Notes under the pieces: model-generated
Databases searched by the model: none
What the model saw: only the letters and a program-made list of their open reading frames with translations
Told to the model about the DNA's origin: nothing
Made by a program: the position numbers and the translations under genes
Assembly (NCBI RefSeq): GCF_044704955.1
Contig: NC_091980.1
Location: 130,510,001-130,574,000, forward strand
Length of the DNA: 64,000 nt
Reading direction: 5' to 3'
DNA from: Pristiophorus japonicus
Taxonomy: Eukaryota
Part shown: in pieces, positions 31,285-59,918 of the stretch
Layout: each line of letters begins with the position of its first letter
How positions within the stretch are numbered: the stretch's first letter is position 1

Positions 31285-31452
31285 GTCAGCCAATGATGCT
31301 CATTCTTCGAAGATCTGATTGGCTCTGGGAGTCCATCTCCCTCCTCCCTTTACTTGATTGGTGCTCTGAGAAGATGCAACTTCTGATTGGGTATTGATGA
31401 CTGTCACTCATCATCAAGAGTGCCACACCCTGGATTATCCCTCAGTATAAAT
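31285..31452 (+). promoter_or_regulatory. Ferritin A2 promoter: four CCAAT/Y-boxes + TATA
   Basis: AGCCAAT at 31288, CTGATTGGCT at 31315, TTGATTGGT at 31354, CTGATTGGG at 31383; TATAAA at 31446, 83 nt before the ATG. Confidence 0.7.
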
Positions 31453-31528
31453 ATTGGAGTTTGATATTAGTGAAATGTTATCTTTGTACTTCTAAAAAGT
31501 TTTTACTTTGGAAAAATAAAATATTAAG

Positions 31529-40304
<8,776 letters not shown>

Positions 40305-43300
40305 TGCTTCTGATCAGTACTCTTGTTTATACAATATGTGTGAGACTCTGTCCTACATAGAATGATGGCTTTGTACAGGCTGAGACCTGGGCTCTTGATG
40401 TGAAATGTAATCAACTATAAATAAACTGTTCAATATTGGACTGGGTTTTGTCTCCTTGCAATTAGTGGTTGCTTATTTTCCATTTACTGTAACTTATTTG
40501 CAGCACAAGTATTGCACTAGGCTATGCAATAATCATACATTGGCCTCCTGTGCTGTAACCACTCAGCTGGCTCTCCAAGAGCACTTCAGCTCGTCCTACT
40601 CCCTTGCATTTTCCCTGTTGCCCTGCAATGTTTTTCCTTCATGTACTTGTTAAATCCTATGATTGAAAATGTCTTCACCACCCTCTCGGACAGTGCAATC
40701 CAGATATTAACCACTCATTGCATAAAAGTTTATCCTCATGTCAGCTGTGGTTCTTCTGCCAATTGTCTTAAATTTGTGTCTGCTGGTTCTCGTCCCTTCT
40801 ACCAGTGTTAATAGTCCTATCATTTTGCTCGTTGCTGGGGTAATTTCAATATATTGACAGTTATATTCATAAAAACATAAGAGCAGTCGTTGTCCATTTT
40901 GGTTCTGTAAAGACTGCACCACCATTAAATATGATCATAACTAATCCTTTACCACCACCATGTTCATGCTTTTACCCCATAGCCCTTGATGCCTTTTGTA
41001 TCAAGATATCTCATATCCTTAAATATATTCAGCAATTGGGCTCCACTGCCTTCTGTAGTCAATAGTTCCCCAGTTTCCCCATCCTGAGTGAAAACATATT
41101 TATTATCTTTGCGCTAAATTTCCTACAGCATATTCTGAGCCTGTGCCTTTTTATTCTCAACTTCCCAGCAAAGGGCTACTTCCTCCCCACATCCAATCTC
41201 TCCAAACCAGTCTGAATTTTATGATTTAATAAGATCCCCTTTCACTCTTCTGGTGAATACAGGCCTGGTCACGCTATTCTCTTGTCAAACAACAATCTTT
41301 CCATCCAAGGAATCAGTCTGGTGGAACTTCGCTGCGCTCTTAAGGAGATCCAAAACTGTACACAATACACCAGGTGTAGTTTCACCAAAGCCATGTATAA
41401 TTGTAGTAAGACATTCTTGCTCCTGTACTGTGGAAAAATTGTGAATATTAAATTTGGTTTCCTCCTCCAAATCTATTTAGAAATGTGATTAGTTGAGGCC
41501 CAAGCACCGATCCCTGTGGTATCCCACTAGTCACGACTCACCACCCAGGAAAAGACCTGTTTATTCCGACTGTGTTTTCTATCAATTAACCAATTTTCAA
41601 TCCATAGTATATTACCCCCAATCCCATGTGCTTTAATTTTGCACACTAACCGCTTGTGGGACTTTATCAAAGGCCTTCTGAAAATCCAAATACACGACAT
41701 CCACCGGTTCTCCCTTATCTAATCTCAGTTACAGTCTCGAAAAAAAACTCCAGTAGGTTTGTCAAACACAATTTTCTTTTCATAAATCCATATTGACTTT
41801 GTCTAATCTCGTTGATAGTTTCTAAGTGTCCCTTTATCACATTCTACTAATGTTAGGCTAACCGGGCTGCAGTTACCTGTTTTCTTTCTCCTTCCTTTTT
41901 AAAATTGTGGGGTTACATTTGCCACCCTCCATTCTGCGGCAACTGTTCCATAATCTGTAGAAATTTGGACGATGATAACCAATGCAACCACTATTTCCAT
42001 GGCTACCACTTTTATTCCTCTGGGATGCAGATTATCAGGCCCTGGGGATTTATCAGCTTTCAGTCCCATTAGTTTCTCCAGCACTATTTTCTGACTAATA
42101 ATCATTACCTTTAATTTCTCTTGCTCACGAGATCCTTAGTTCCCTAGCATTTCTGTGATGTTATTTGTGTCCTCTTCTGTAAAGACAGAACCAAAGTATT
42201 TAATTGTTCTGCCATTTCCTTGTTCCCCATTATAAATTATCCCATTTGTGACTGAAAAGGACCTACATTTGTCTTCACTAATCTTTTTCTTTTTACAGAC
42301 TGGGAGAAACTTTTACAGTCGGTTTTTATGATCCTTGCAAGTTTAGTCTCACACTATTTTCCTCCTCTTAAACAATCTCTTGGTCCTTTTTTGCTGAATA
42401 CTAAATTGCTCCCAATCCTCAGGATTGCTACTTGTTCTGGCAACTTTGTATGACTCCTCTTTGGATCTAATACTATCCTTATATTCTTGTGTAAACCATG
42501 GTTGGGCCACTTTTCCTTTTGTGTTTTTGCAGCAGAAAGGAATGTATAATTGTTGCAATTCATGCATTCGTTACTTAAATGTTAGCCATTGACTATCCAC
42601 CATCATGCCTTTTAATGACTCTTCCCAATCTATCATAGCCATTCCTCATACATTCATAGTTTCCTCTGTTTAGATTTAGGACCTAGTTTTGGATTGGACA
42701 AATTCACTTTCAATCTTCATAAAGAATTCAATTATGTTATGATCATTCTTCCCTAAAGGACCCCGCACAAAAAGACTATTAATTAACCCCTTCTCATTGT
42801 ACAATACCCAATCTACGATAGGTATTCAGACATGTTGAAGATCTAATTTCAATTGTACGTATATGTAACGACTCAAAAATCTGGTTCCTGTAAACTCACT
42901 CAGGTGCAACATCATCCATCTTTATTCCAGCCCAAGAGTGCCAGTGTGACAAAGACACCCAGCTTAAATACAGATGATCAAGCACACATGCCACGTGTGT
43001 CCAGCCCGATGATCTCCGACCGCGGCGCCCTCTGGTGTCTTGTGACTCCCAAGCATTAAGACATAAGAGTATATCTTGCAAATTCTATTCATGCATTTCA
43101 ATCTAGCGTTGCAACGCTGTAATACAACAAGTGAAAATGTTCACGTTTGTTCAGCCACATAAGGCAGTGAGACCACAGGTACATTTTAGTGTCTTAAAGG
43201 AGGCAGAGAGGTTTACATAATAACATGCTATGCAATTTGGCACCTCGAGCCTGTTCCGCCATTCAGTAAAATCATGACTGGTCTGATCTTGGTCTCAATA

Positions 43301-45202
43301 CTTTCCTGCCTGTTCCCCATTACCCTTGACTCCGCTATTGTTCAAAAATCTATCTATCTCCACCTTAAATGTATTCAATGACCCTGCCTCCACACACGCG
43401 CACACACACACAGACACACACAGTACTGAGTGAATGCCGCACTGTCAGAGGGGCAGTACTGAGGGAGTGCCGCACTGTCAGAGTGGCAGCACTGAGGGAG
43501 TGCCGCACTGTCAGAAGGGCAGGACTGAGGGAGCGCCGCACTGTCAGAGGGGCAGGACTGAGGGAGCGCCGCACTGTCAGAGGGACAATACTCACAGGAT
43601 TCTTCACTGTCGGAGGAGCAGCACTAAGGGATTGCCACACTGTCTGAAGGGCAGTACTGAGGGATTGTTGTACAGACTCATGTTTGATTCAGGTTGGTCA
43701 ACTGTGCTCATTGGTGGCATCTCCCCCGAAAGGGTAGTGCCTGTGGTGTGATTGGTGGCTCTGGATCTGAATCACTGCCGCACTCTCTGCCCCATCTAAA
43801 GCAGAGTTTTAATCCAAGGGAACACCTCTCATCAGCTCATCCAGGACTGAACCACTTCTGCACTGAAATCAGACGTCACGGCTTTGGATCTCTGGGATAC
43901 ACCAGCACGAAGGTCAATGACCAGAGGGGAGAGATGAGGACGATTATTTTAACGCAGCGAGTTGTTGTGATCCGGAACGCGTTGCCTGAAAGGGCGGTGG
44001 AATCAGATTCAACAGTAACTTTGAAGAGGGAATTGCATATACACTTGACAAAAGTTGCAGGGCTATGGGGAAGGAGCTGAGGAGTGGGACGAATTGGATC
44101 GCCCTTCCAAAGTGCCTGCACAGGCACGATGGGCCGAATGGCCTCTTTCTGTGCTGATAGAATCTATGATGAGCCAGACAGTTAGAGCATATCTGAGCCT
44201 CATCATTTCAATCTGATTTAAATATTCATCATTTCAATCAGATTTAAATATTCTTTCGAGTCACTGAAAACCGACTGTAAAAGGACACGTCTAACACATC
44301 AAATTGAGGGGCAGGAAAAGACCAGCTGGTCCATCAAGCCTGCCCCAAAACATACCGGAGCAAATCATAGAATCATAAAATGGGTACAGCACAGAGGGAG
44401 GCCATTCGGCCTGTCGAGCCCGTGCCGGCTCTCTTCGAGAGCACTTCAGCTAGTCCCACTCCCCCGCCCTTCCCCTGCAACCCTGCTATTAATTTTTCCT
44501 TCAGGTACTTATCCAATTCCCTTTTGAAAGCCACGATTGAGTCTACCTCCACCACCCTCTCGGGCATTGCATTCCAGATCCCAACCATTCGCTGTGGAAA
44601 CATGTTGACTTTGGTTCTTTTGCCAGTCACTTTAAATCTGTGTCCTCTGGTTCTCGACCCTTCTGCCAATGGGAACAGTTCCTGTCTATCAATTCTGTCC
44701 AGACACCTCATGATTTTGAATCCCTCTATCAAATGGAGATGTGGGTGACAATGTGTTCAGTAATGTTCACTCCCTCTCATTCTCACTCAATATATTGAAT
44801 TTTACCAGGCATCATTCCATGAGAATAAAAATGAAAGATTGTTGATGCCCCCATGTAGCCAATCCTCAGACACATGCCCATTCTCTGTATTCGAACTGGG
44901 GGCAGTTCACACCACCCACAGGATGGAATTCCCATTCCACTGGCCAATGCTTGGTTTGTAAATGCACCAAGACGATTTGATTGCTTTGAATATTGTCTCA
45001 GTGCCACAGAAACTTGCAAGTAACAAACTTCGCCAGATTATGAAAAACCCCTTTGGCGAAAGTAGAAAATTATAATTTCATTCAAGTGAGAGCGTTAAAC
45101 AACGGCACACTTTTAGATTTGAAGACGTTCAAGGAACCCAAAGGCAGTGACATCACCAAGACTGATCTCCCCCAGACCCCTCCTACAAATCCCCTCTCCT
45201 TT

Positions 45203-45313
45203 GTTAATTGGTGCCTCAATTCAGGGAAGATTCCTGATTGGCTCTGAGGGATTGTCAATCATCATTGGTGATGTCATACCCTGTTTGAATGCAGCTGTTC
45301 CAATAGTATAAAT
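45203..45313 (+). promoter_or_regulatory. Ferritin B2 promoter: CCAAT boxes + TATA
   Basis: Paralog of 18235-18345; TATAAA at 45307. Confidence 0.7.
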
Positions 45314-45382
45314 ACAGGAGCTTGTACAAGACAGTATGAGTTTCAGAACTGTGCAGAGGATAGTGAAATATAGATAGTGAAG

Positions 45383-47979
<2,597 letters not shown>

Positions 47980-50900
47980 ACTGACTGAGATCAAGCTTTG
48001 TGTTTAGTACTTGCATTTATATAATCAGGCCCATATACTGTCGGGAATGAAGGCTTGTGACTTTGTGCAAAAAGAGCTGAAACCCACAACAGTAAATAAA
48101 CTGTTCAACATTGGGCTGTGTTTTGTCACCTTGTAAATTTGAGTGGTTACTTATTTTTCATTTAACTTAACTTGATTTCCATCAAACAAGAATTACACTG
48201 ACCTGTGCAACATTTATATGGGATTCAGTCCTATGAAATGTGTTTTCCCCTTGTGTAATGTCTCTGTATTGACTGGGCCATTCAGACACCTGTTATAAGA
48301 TCTAAAATGTTCAATGGTGTGTTTGGACAACTGACAGTCCCATGGGATATTGGCCCAGTGACCAAAAGTCTGGTCAGAGGTATGTATTGAGAAGGTACAG
48401 AGATGTTTAGGAAGGCATGTCTAGAGCTTGGGACTGATAAGCTGTATCCAATGATCTGCCTTTGTACAAATGACAATTCAATCCAACAAGATGTAACATC
48501 TGCTAAACTCAGGACCAATTTGCCAGTAATTCATTGTTGCACCATTTCAGTCCAATGAAGAAAAAGTCCTGGATTAGCTTCCTAGTTAGTCTATCTGCCT
48601 CGTGAATGAACAGCAGTTTGTATTCAATAGCTGCAACAGATCCTCTTCAGTTATGCAGGTCGTTCAGTAATGGGACTCATCACTGATGCTTTAGGCTTGC
48701 TGTTAAACTTTGTAGGCAGAAAAGCAATATCTCAGCACACTGAACTCTGGGCACTACAATTGGGTGAGGAGGGAAAGCAACAGCTGGCATTAGCTTGCTG
48801 TCATAGCTTCAGTGCTTCGTGTGGATACCCTAGTCGTTCTTGGACAGCTTCTCTTCCGTCTGCTCCCCTAATGGTTGAATAACTTGCCAACACAACCTCC
48901 ATTCAAACATGAATAAGGTATTGCAAGACTAACGATACTCCAACGACATTTAATACTTGGGGAAGGTGTAAATGTATTTAATTCCACAAAGCAAAAGGAA
49001 CAAGATGTTAAACCGATTTCTGGCCACAATGCCGAAGTACTCAATTTATAAGCCCATCAATTTTTTTTTTTTTTTGTTCGTACCACTGTGAATTTCATTA
49101 CTATCACCCTGGATTCGATCTCCATTTCTCTCCTCCGTGGCTATGAATGGATACAAATGGTATTGCTGCAGCTCCAATAATCCAGTATTTACTAGTTATT
49201 TTTAGTAATTTAACTGTGTTGAGTGCAATTAAATAGCCATGTACAGACATTCCAGGTTAATGTCTTGGCAACACTCAAGCGCCTTTTGGCTATCGATGTT
49301 ACAAAATGTCATATATTGATGAGCCACAGTTCCACGAGTCGGCCTGGGTTTGCGTGCTGATGGGTTTGATAGCTTCATGTATCAACAAATCTCCAGCTCA
49401 CTCGATGTGAAACTTTACAGGTGCTTGTGTTTTAAGAATTACTTACAATTTACAGCACAGGAAAAAGACCATTTGGGCCAACTGGACCATGCTGTGGTTT
49501 ATGTTCCATGTGAAACTTGTCCCACCCCACTTCATCTAGACCTATTAGCATATCCTTCTATTCCTTTCTCCTTGTGTTTATGTAGCTTTCCCTTAAATGC
49601 ATCTATGCTCTTTGCATTCAGAGTTATTACTGCGGGTAGCTCAGTAAACGCACCGCTGCTGCTGTGGATTTTCTGTTCAGCTGTGTGGGTAAAGAAGTGA
49701 GTAACAGCTATAAAGATCCGCAATGTTTGAGCTCGAGGACAGCATTTATTGTCCGTCACTGATTGCCTTTGAGAAGGTGCTGGTCAGCCATCTTCTGGAA
49801 CCGCTGCAGTCTTGTGGTGAAGGTACTCCAACAGTGCTTTTCGGGAGGGAGTTCCTGGATTTTGCCGCAGTGACGAAAAAGGAATGGTGATATATTTCCA
49901 AGTCAGGTTGGTGTGTAACATGGAGGTGAACTTGCAGGTGATAGTATTCCCAAACTTCTGCTGCCCTTGTCCTGCTAATTGCTAGAGCTCGTGGGATGGC
50001 TTGTGCTGCTGAAAAAGCCTTGGCGAGTTGCTGCAGTGCATCTTGTCGATGGTATACACTGCAGCCATGGTGCACCGGTGGAGGAAGCAGTGAATGTAGA
50101 AGGTGGTGGATGGGGTGCCAATCAAGCTGCCTGCTTTGTCCTGGATGGTGTCGAGCTTCTTGATGATTGCTGAAGCTGCACTCAGCCAGTCAAGTGGAGA
50201 GTATTCCACCACACTCCTGACTTGTGCCTTGTCGATGCTGGAAAGACGTTAGGTGTCAGGAGGTGAGACACTCACCGCAAAATACCCAGCCTCTGGCCTG
50301 TTCTTATTACCAGACTTTTTATGCGGCTGGGCGAGTTCAGTTTCTGATCAGCGATGACCCCCAAGGGTTAATGCTGGGGAATTCAGCGGCAGTGAATGTT
50401 AAGGGCAGGTGGTTAGACTCTCGCTTTTTGCAGATAGCCATTGCCTGGCACTTGTGTGGTGCCATTGTTACTTGCCCATTATCAGCCCCACACTGAATGT
50501 CATCCAGGTCTTGCTGCATGTGGGCATGGACTGCTTCATTTTCTGATGTCTTGCAAATGGAACAGAACACTGTGTAATCATCAGCAAACATTCCCACTTC
50601 TGGCCTTTATGATGGAGGGAAGTTCATTGATGAAGCAGCTTAAGATAGTTGGGCCAAGGACACTGTCCTGAGGTATTCCTGCAGAGATGTCCTGGGGCTG
50701 AGATGATTGACCTCCAACAACCACTTCCTTAGTGCTAGATATGAGTCCAGCTCATCGAGAGTTTTCGATATTCACATCGACTTCAATATTGCAAGGGTTA
50801 CTTGATGCCGCACTCCATCAGCTGCTGCCTTGCTGTGAAAGGTAGTCACTCTCTCCTCACCTGTAATTCAGCTCCTTTGTACATGTTTGGACCAAGGCTG

Positions 50901-53900
50901 CAACGAGATCAGGAGCTGAGTGGTCCTGGCACAACCCAAACTGGGCATCGGTGAGCAGATTATTGTCGACAAAATCTTCCCTCACTTTGCTGATGATTGA
51001 GTGTAGACTGATGGGGTGGTAATTGGCCTGAATGGATTTGTCCTGCTTTTTCTGGACAGGACGTACCAGAGCAGTTTTTCACATTGTTGGGTAGATGCCA
51101 GTGTCTCTGTACTGGAACAGCTTGGCTAGAGGTGTGGCCATGAATTTACAGATTGTGGTGCAATACAATTCTGCAGTTGCTGATGACCCACAGTGCCTCA
51201 TAGATGCCCAGTTTTGAGCTGCGAGATCTGTTTTGAATCTATTCCATTTAACACTGTGGTCAAGCCACTCACCACGAAGGAGGGTGTCCTCAGTGTGAAG
51301 ACAAGACTTTGTCTCCACAAGGACTGTATGGTGGTCACTGCTACCAATGCTGTCATGGACAGATGAATCTGTGACAGGTAGATTGCTGTGGACAAGATCA
51401 GTAGGTTTTTCCCTTGTGTTGATTCTCTCACCATCTGTCGGAAGCCCAATCTGGATGCTATGTCCTTCCGGACTCAGCCCGCTTGCTCAGTGCTACCGAG
51501 CCCCTCTTGGTGATGGACATTGAAGCCGATTGCTATATCAGTGCTTCTTCCAAGTGGCCTTCAACATGGAGGTGTACTGATTCATCAGCTGAGCGCGGGT
51601 GGTAGGTGGTAATCAGCAGGAGTTTCCATGTCCAAGCTTGACCTAAACCCATGAGACTTGATAGGGTCCAGATTAAATGTTCAGGACTCCTACCGCTACT
51701 CCCTCCCGACTGTATACCACTGAGCCGCCACTTCTGGTGTGTCTGCCCTTCTGGTGGGACAGGACATACGCAGGGATGGTGAAGGAGGAATCTGGGACAT
51801 TGGCTGAAAGGTATGATTCTGTGATTATGACTATGTCAGCTGTTGCTTGACTAACCTGTGGGACAGCTCTCCCCATTTAGGCACAAGATACCAGATGTTA
51901 GTGAGGAGGACTTTGCAGGGTCAACTGGGCTGGGTGTACCATTGTCATGTCAGAAGCCGGTACTGAGGTCAATGCCGGGTTGTCCATCCTCTTTTATTCT
52001 AATTAATGTTTCTCGTAATGGTTTGTTATAACTGATCGGCTTGCTAGGCCATTTCAGAGGGCAGTTAAGACTCAACCACATTGCTTTGGGTTTGGAGTCA
52101 TATCGGCCAGATTTCCTTCCCGAAGGACATTACTGAAGCAGATTGGTTTTTATGACAAGCCGATAGCTCCCTGGGCAACATTACTGATACTAGCTTTTTA
52201 TTCCAGATTTTAATTTAATTAACTGAATTTCAATTCCCCAGCTGCCGTGGTGGGACTTTGGATCATTAGTCCAGGCCTCTGGATTACTCGTCCAGTAACA
52301 TAACCACGATGTTACCGCACTCTTTGCATCTCTCAATGGCACTTTTGGAGTATAGATGTCACCACAATTCATACATTGATGAGTCACAATTCTACAAGTC
52401 ATGTTGGGTTTTGCGTGCTGATGAGTTTCATGGCTTCATGTTTCAGATAAAACAAATTCTTCAGCTCACTCGATGTGAAAAATTTTACAGATGTCCTTGT
52501 TTTAATAATTACATAGAATTTACAGCACAGAAAAAGGCCATTCAGCCTGGCAAATTGCAGTGGTGAGCGGTCCTTCTTGAACGTAAAACACATCGAGGAT
52601 GAGGTGAGGAAACGAATGAGACAAGATCGATTTAATAGTCTTTCAATCATGAGCATTGAGAGCGAAGTACTGAGAGGACTTGATTCACACACTGAGCCTC
52701 CTCCCAACTTCATTTAACCCGATCAGCATATCCTGCCAATCCTTCCTCCCTCATGTGTTTATCCAGCTTCACCTTAAACGCGTCTATGCTTTTTGTCTCA
52801 ACTATTCCTTTTGATAGCGAGTTAAACATTCTGAACACTCTCTGAGTAAAGAAGTTTCTTTGAAGTCTCTCTTAGATTATTAATTATAACTTTCTGTATA
52901 ATTCTACGGAGATCAGAACTTTGCACCATACTCCAAGTGTTGTCTAGCCAAGGTTCTGTATAAACTTAACATGCTGCACAGGGATGTGGTTCAGTTCACC
53001 TCAACCGTGTTCTCCCTGTGGCCGAGGAGCTCCGACCGGAGTCACAGTGCGTATTTCGTCCCCTACGGGTAACAACGGACATGATCTTTGCAGCACGCCA
53101 ATTGCAGCAAAAATGCAGGGAGCAGCGCATTTATACATGGCATTTTTCGATCTTATAAAGGCCTTTGAGACTGTCGACCGTGAGGGCTTATGGAGCGTCC
53201 TCCCTCCATTTTGGATACCCCCAAAAGTTTATCAACATTCTTCGCCTGCTCCACGTCGACATGCGGGGTCAAACAGGGCTGCTTCATCGCTCCAACGCTT
53301 TTCTCAATCTTCCTCGCTGCCAACTCCACCTTACTGTCAACAAGCTTCCTGCTGGAGTGGAACTAAACTACAGAATCAGTGGGAAGCAGTTTAACCTATG
53401 CCCTCTCCAGACCTGGTCCAAGACCACCCAAACCTATGTCGTTGAACTGCACTATGCGGACGACACCTGCGTCTGCGCACATTCTGAGGCTGAACTCCAG
53501 GATATCGTCGCTGCAGTCACTGTGGCATATGAAATCATCGGCCTTATACTTAACATCCAAAAGGGAAAGGTCCTCCACCAGCCTGTCTTCGCCGCACAGC
53601 ACGGCCCCCAGACATCAAGATTCACGGCGTGGCCCTCGACAATGTGGACCACTTCCCATACCGCGGGAGCCTCCTGTCAACAAAGGCAGACATTGATGCG
53701 GAGATTCAATATCGCCTCCAGTGCGCCAGTGCAGCCTTTGGCTGCCTGAGGAAAGGAGTGTTCGAAGACCAGGCCCTCAAACCTTCCACCAAGCTCACGC
53801 TCTATAGGGCTGTAGTAATACCACCCTATTGTATGGATCAGAGGCATGGACAACTTACAGAAGGCACATCCAGTCGCTGGAGATATATCACCAAAGATGC

Positions 53901-55427
53901 CTCCATAAGATCCTGCAAATTCCCTGTGAGGACAGACACACCGACATCAGTGTCCTAACACTGGCTAACATCCCCATCATTGAAGCACTAACCACATGTG
54001 ATCAGCTTTGCTGGGCAGGCCACTTCGTCCACATGCCAGACATGAGACTCCCTAAGCAACTGCTCTATGCGGAACTCCTTTATGGCAAACGAGCCAAAGT
54101 TGAGCAGTGGAAACGTTACAAGGACACCCTCAAAACCTCTCTGATGAAGTGCGACAGCACCACTGATGCCTGGGAGACCCTGGCCGAAGACCATCCTCAT
54201 TGGAAAAAGTATATCCGGGAGGGCGTTGATCTCTTCGAATCTCAATGCTGTGAGCGTGTAGAGGTCAGGCAGCGGAAGGAACGTGTGGTAAATCAGTGCC
54301 ACCCACCCCCTTCCCCCGACGAATATCTGTCCCATTTGTGACAGGGTCTGTGGCTTTCATGTTGGACTGTTCAGCCACCAAAGAACTCACTTTAGGAGTG
54401 AAAGCAAGTCTTCCTCGATGCCGAGCGACTGCCTATGATGATGGGTTCAGCTGCAGGTATTCCTCGTTCTGAGCTCAGATCTGCGCTGATGGTTAACACT
54501 CATCTGTGCCTTTTTATCTCTAGAATTGACTATTTCAATGCTCTCCTGCTAGTCTTACATGCTCCATAAACTTAAGTTAATCCAAAACTCGGCTGCCCGT
54601 ATCCTAACACACACCGAGTCCCACTCACCCATGACCCCTGTGCTTGTGGACCATCATTGGCTCCCGGTCTGACAGCGCCTCAAATTCAAGATTCTTATCC
54701 TTGTATTAAAATCCCACCATGGCCCCTCACTCACCTCTTTTCCCAGCATATTGATAATATCAGTGCTTTTTCCTGCTCTCACAATAAACTGGAACATTTA
54801 ATTCACTATGTTCCCAATTTCCACCCTTCACTCACCTTCACATGGTCAATTTCTGTCACTTCACTTCCCTTTCTCGACTTCTCTGTCTATCGCCTCAGTC
54901 TATCAGACAAATATCCAATGACCTGTTTGGATGTTGCTTCAAACCCGCAGATACCTGCAAATGACCAACCTACTGAACAATCCAGAACTCTTAAAAAGAC
55001 ACTGAATCGCAAACAACAGAGGATTCAATGAACCTTTCAAGGTGGCCATTAACTGGTCCAGGCAGAGCACGGTCGATAGGGTGTTCTTTCTGTCTGCCTG
55101 CCTTTGTTCCGCGGCTATATCCATGCCCGGGTATGCCTGGATTGGGAGCACGCGGTGTCTGCCGGTATGATTGAGGCTTTCCGTCATCGGAGGGCACCAG
55201 AGGGAGGGGAGCGCAGCGTGGATACAGGGAAATAATATAAATTTTTTAAGTTTTTATGTTAGTTTTGTCATAATGTGGATCTGACAGTTTATTCCCCCTT
55301 ATGGTTTAAGTGTTTCCGATAGCTGAATTAAAATGCCCAAAGAATAGAGAATCCAATTAAACCTGTGACTCTGGATATTTGAACTGTGTTTGAGGAAAGT
55401 TCGGACAATTGAGATCCTCATTGAGAT

Positions 55428-55595
55428 GTCAGCCAATGATGCTCATTCTTCAAAGATCTGATTGGCTCTGGGAGTCCATCTCCCTCCTCCCTTTACTTGA
55501 TTGGTGCTCTGAGAAGATACAACTTCTGATTGGGTATTGATGACTGTCACTCATCATCAAGAGTGCCACACCCTGGATTATCCCTCAGTATAAAT
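55428..55595 (+). promoter_or_regulatory. Ferritin A3 promoter: CCAAT/Y-boxes + TATA
   Basis: Nearly identical to the A2 promoter; TATAAA at 55589. Confidence 0.7.
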
Positions 55596-55671
55596 ATTGG
55601 AGTTTGATATTAGTGAAATGTTATCTTTGTACTTCTAAAAAGTTTTTACTTTGGAAAAATAAAATATTAAG

Positions 55672-59918
<4,247 letters not shown>

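Noticed and set aside
43694-44080. 128-aa ORF upstream of B2
   Set aside because: Chimera of unique sequence and a CR1 3' fragment; frameshifted in the other units.
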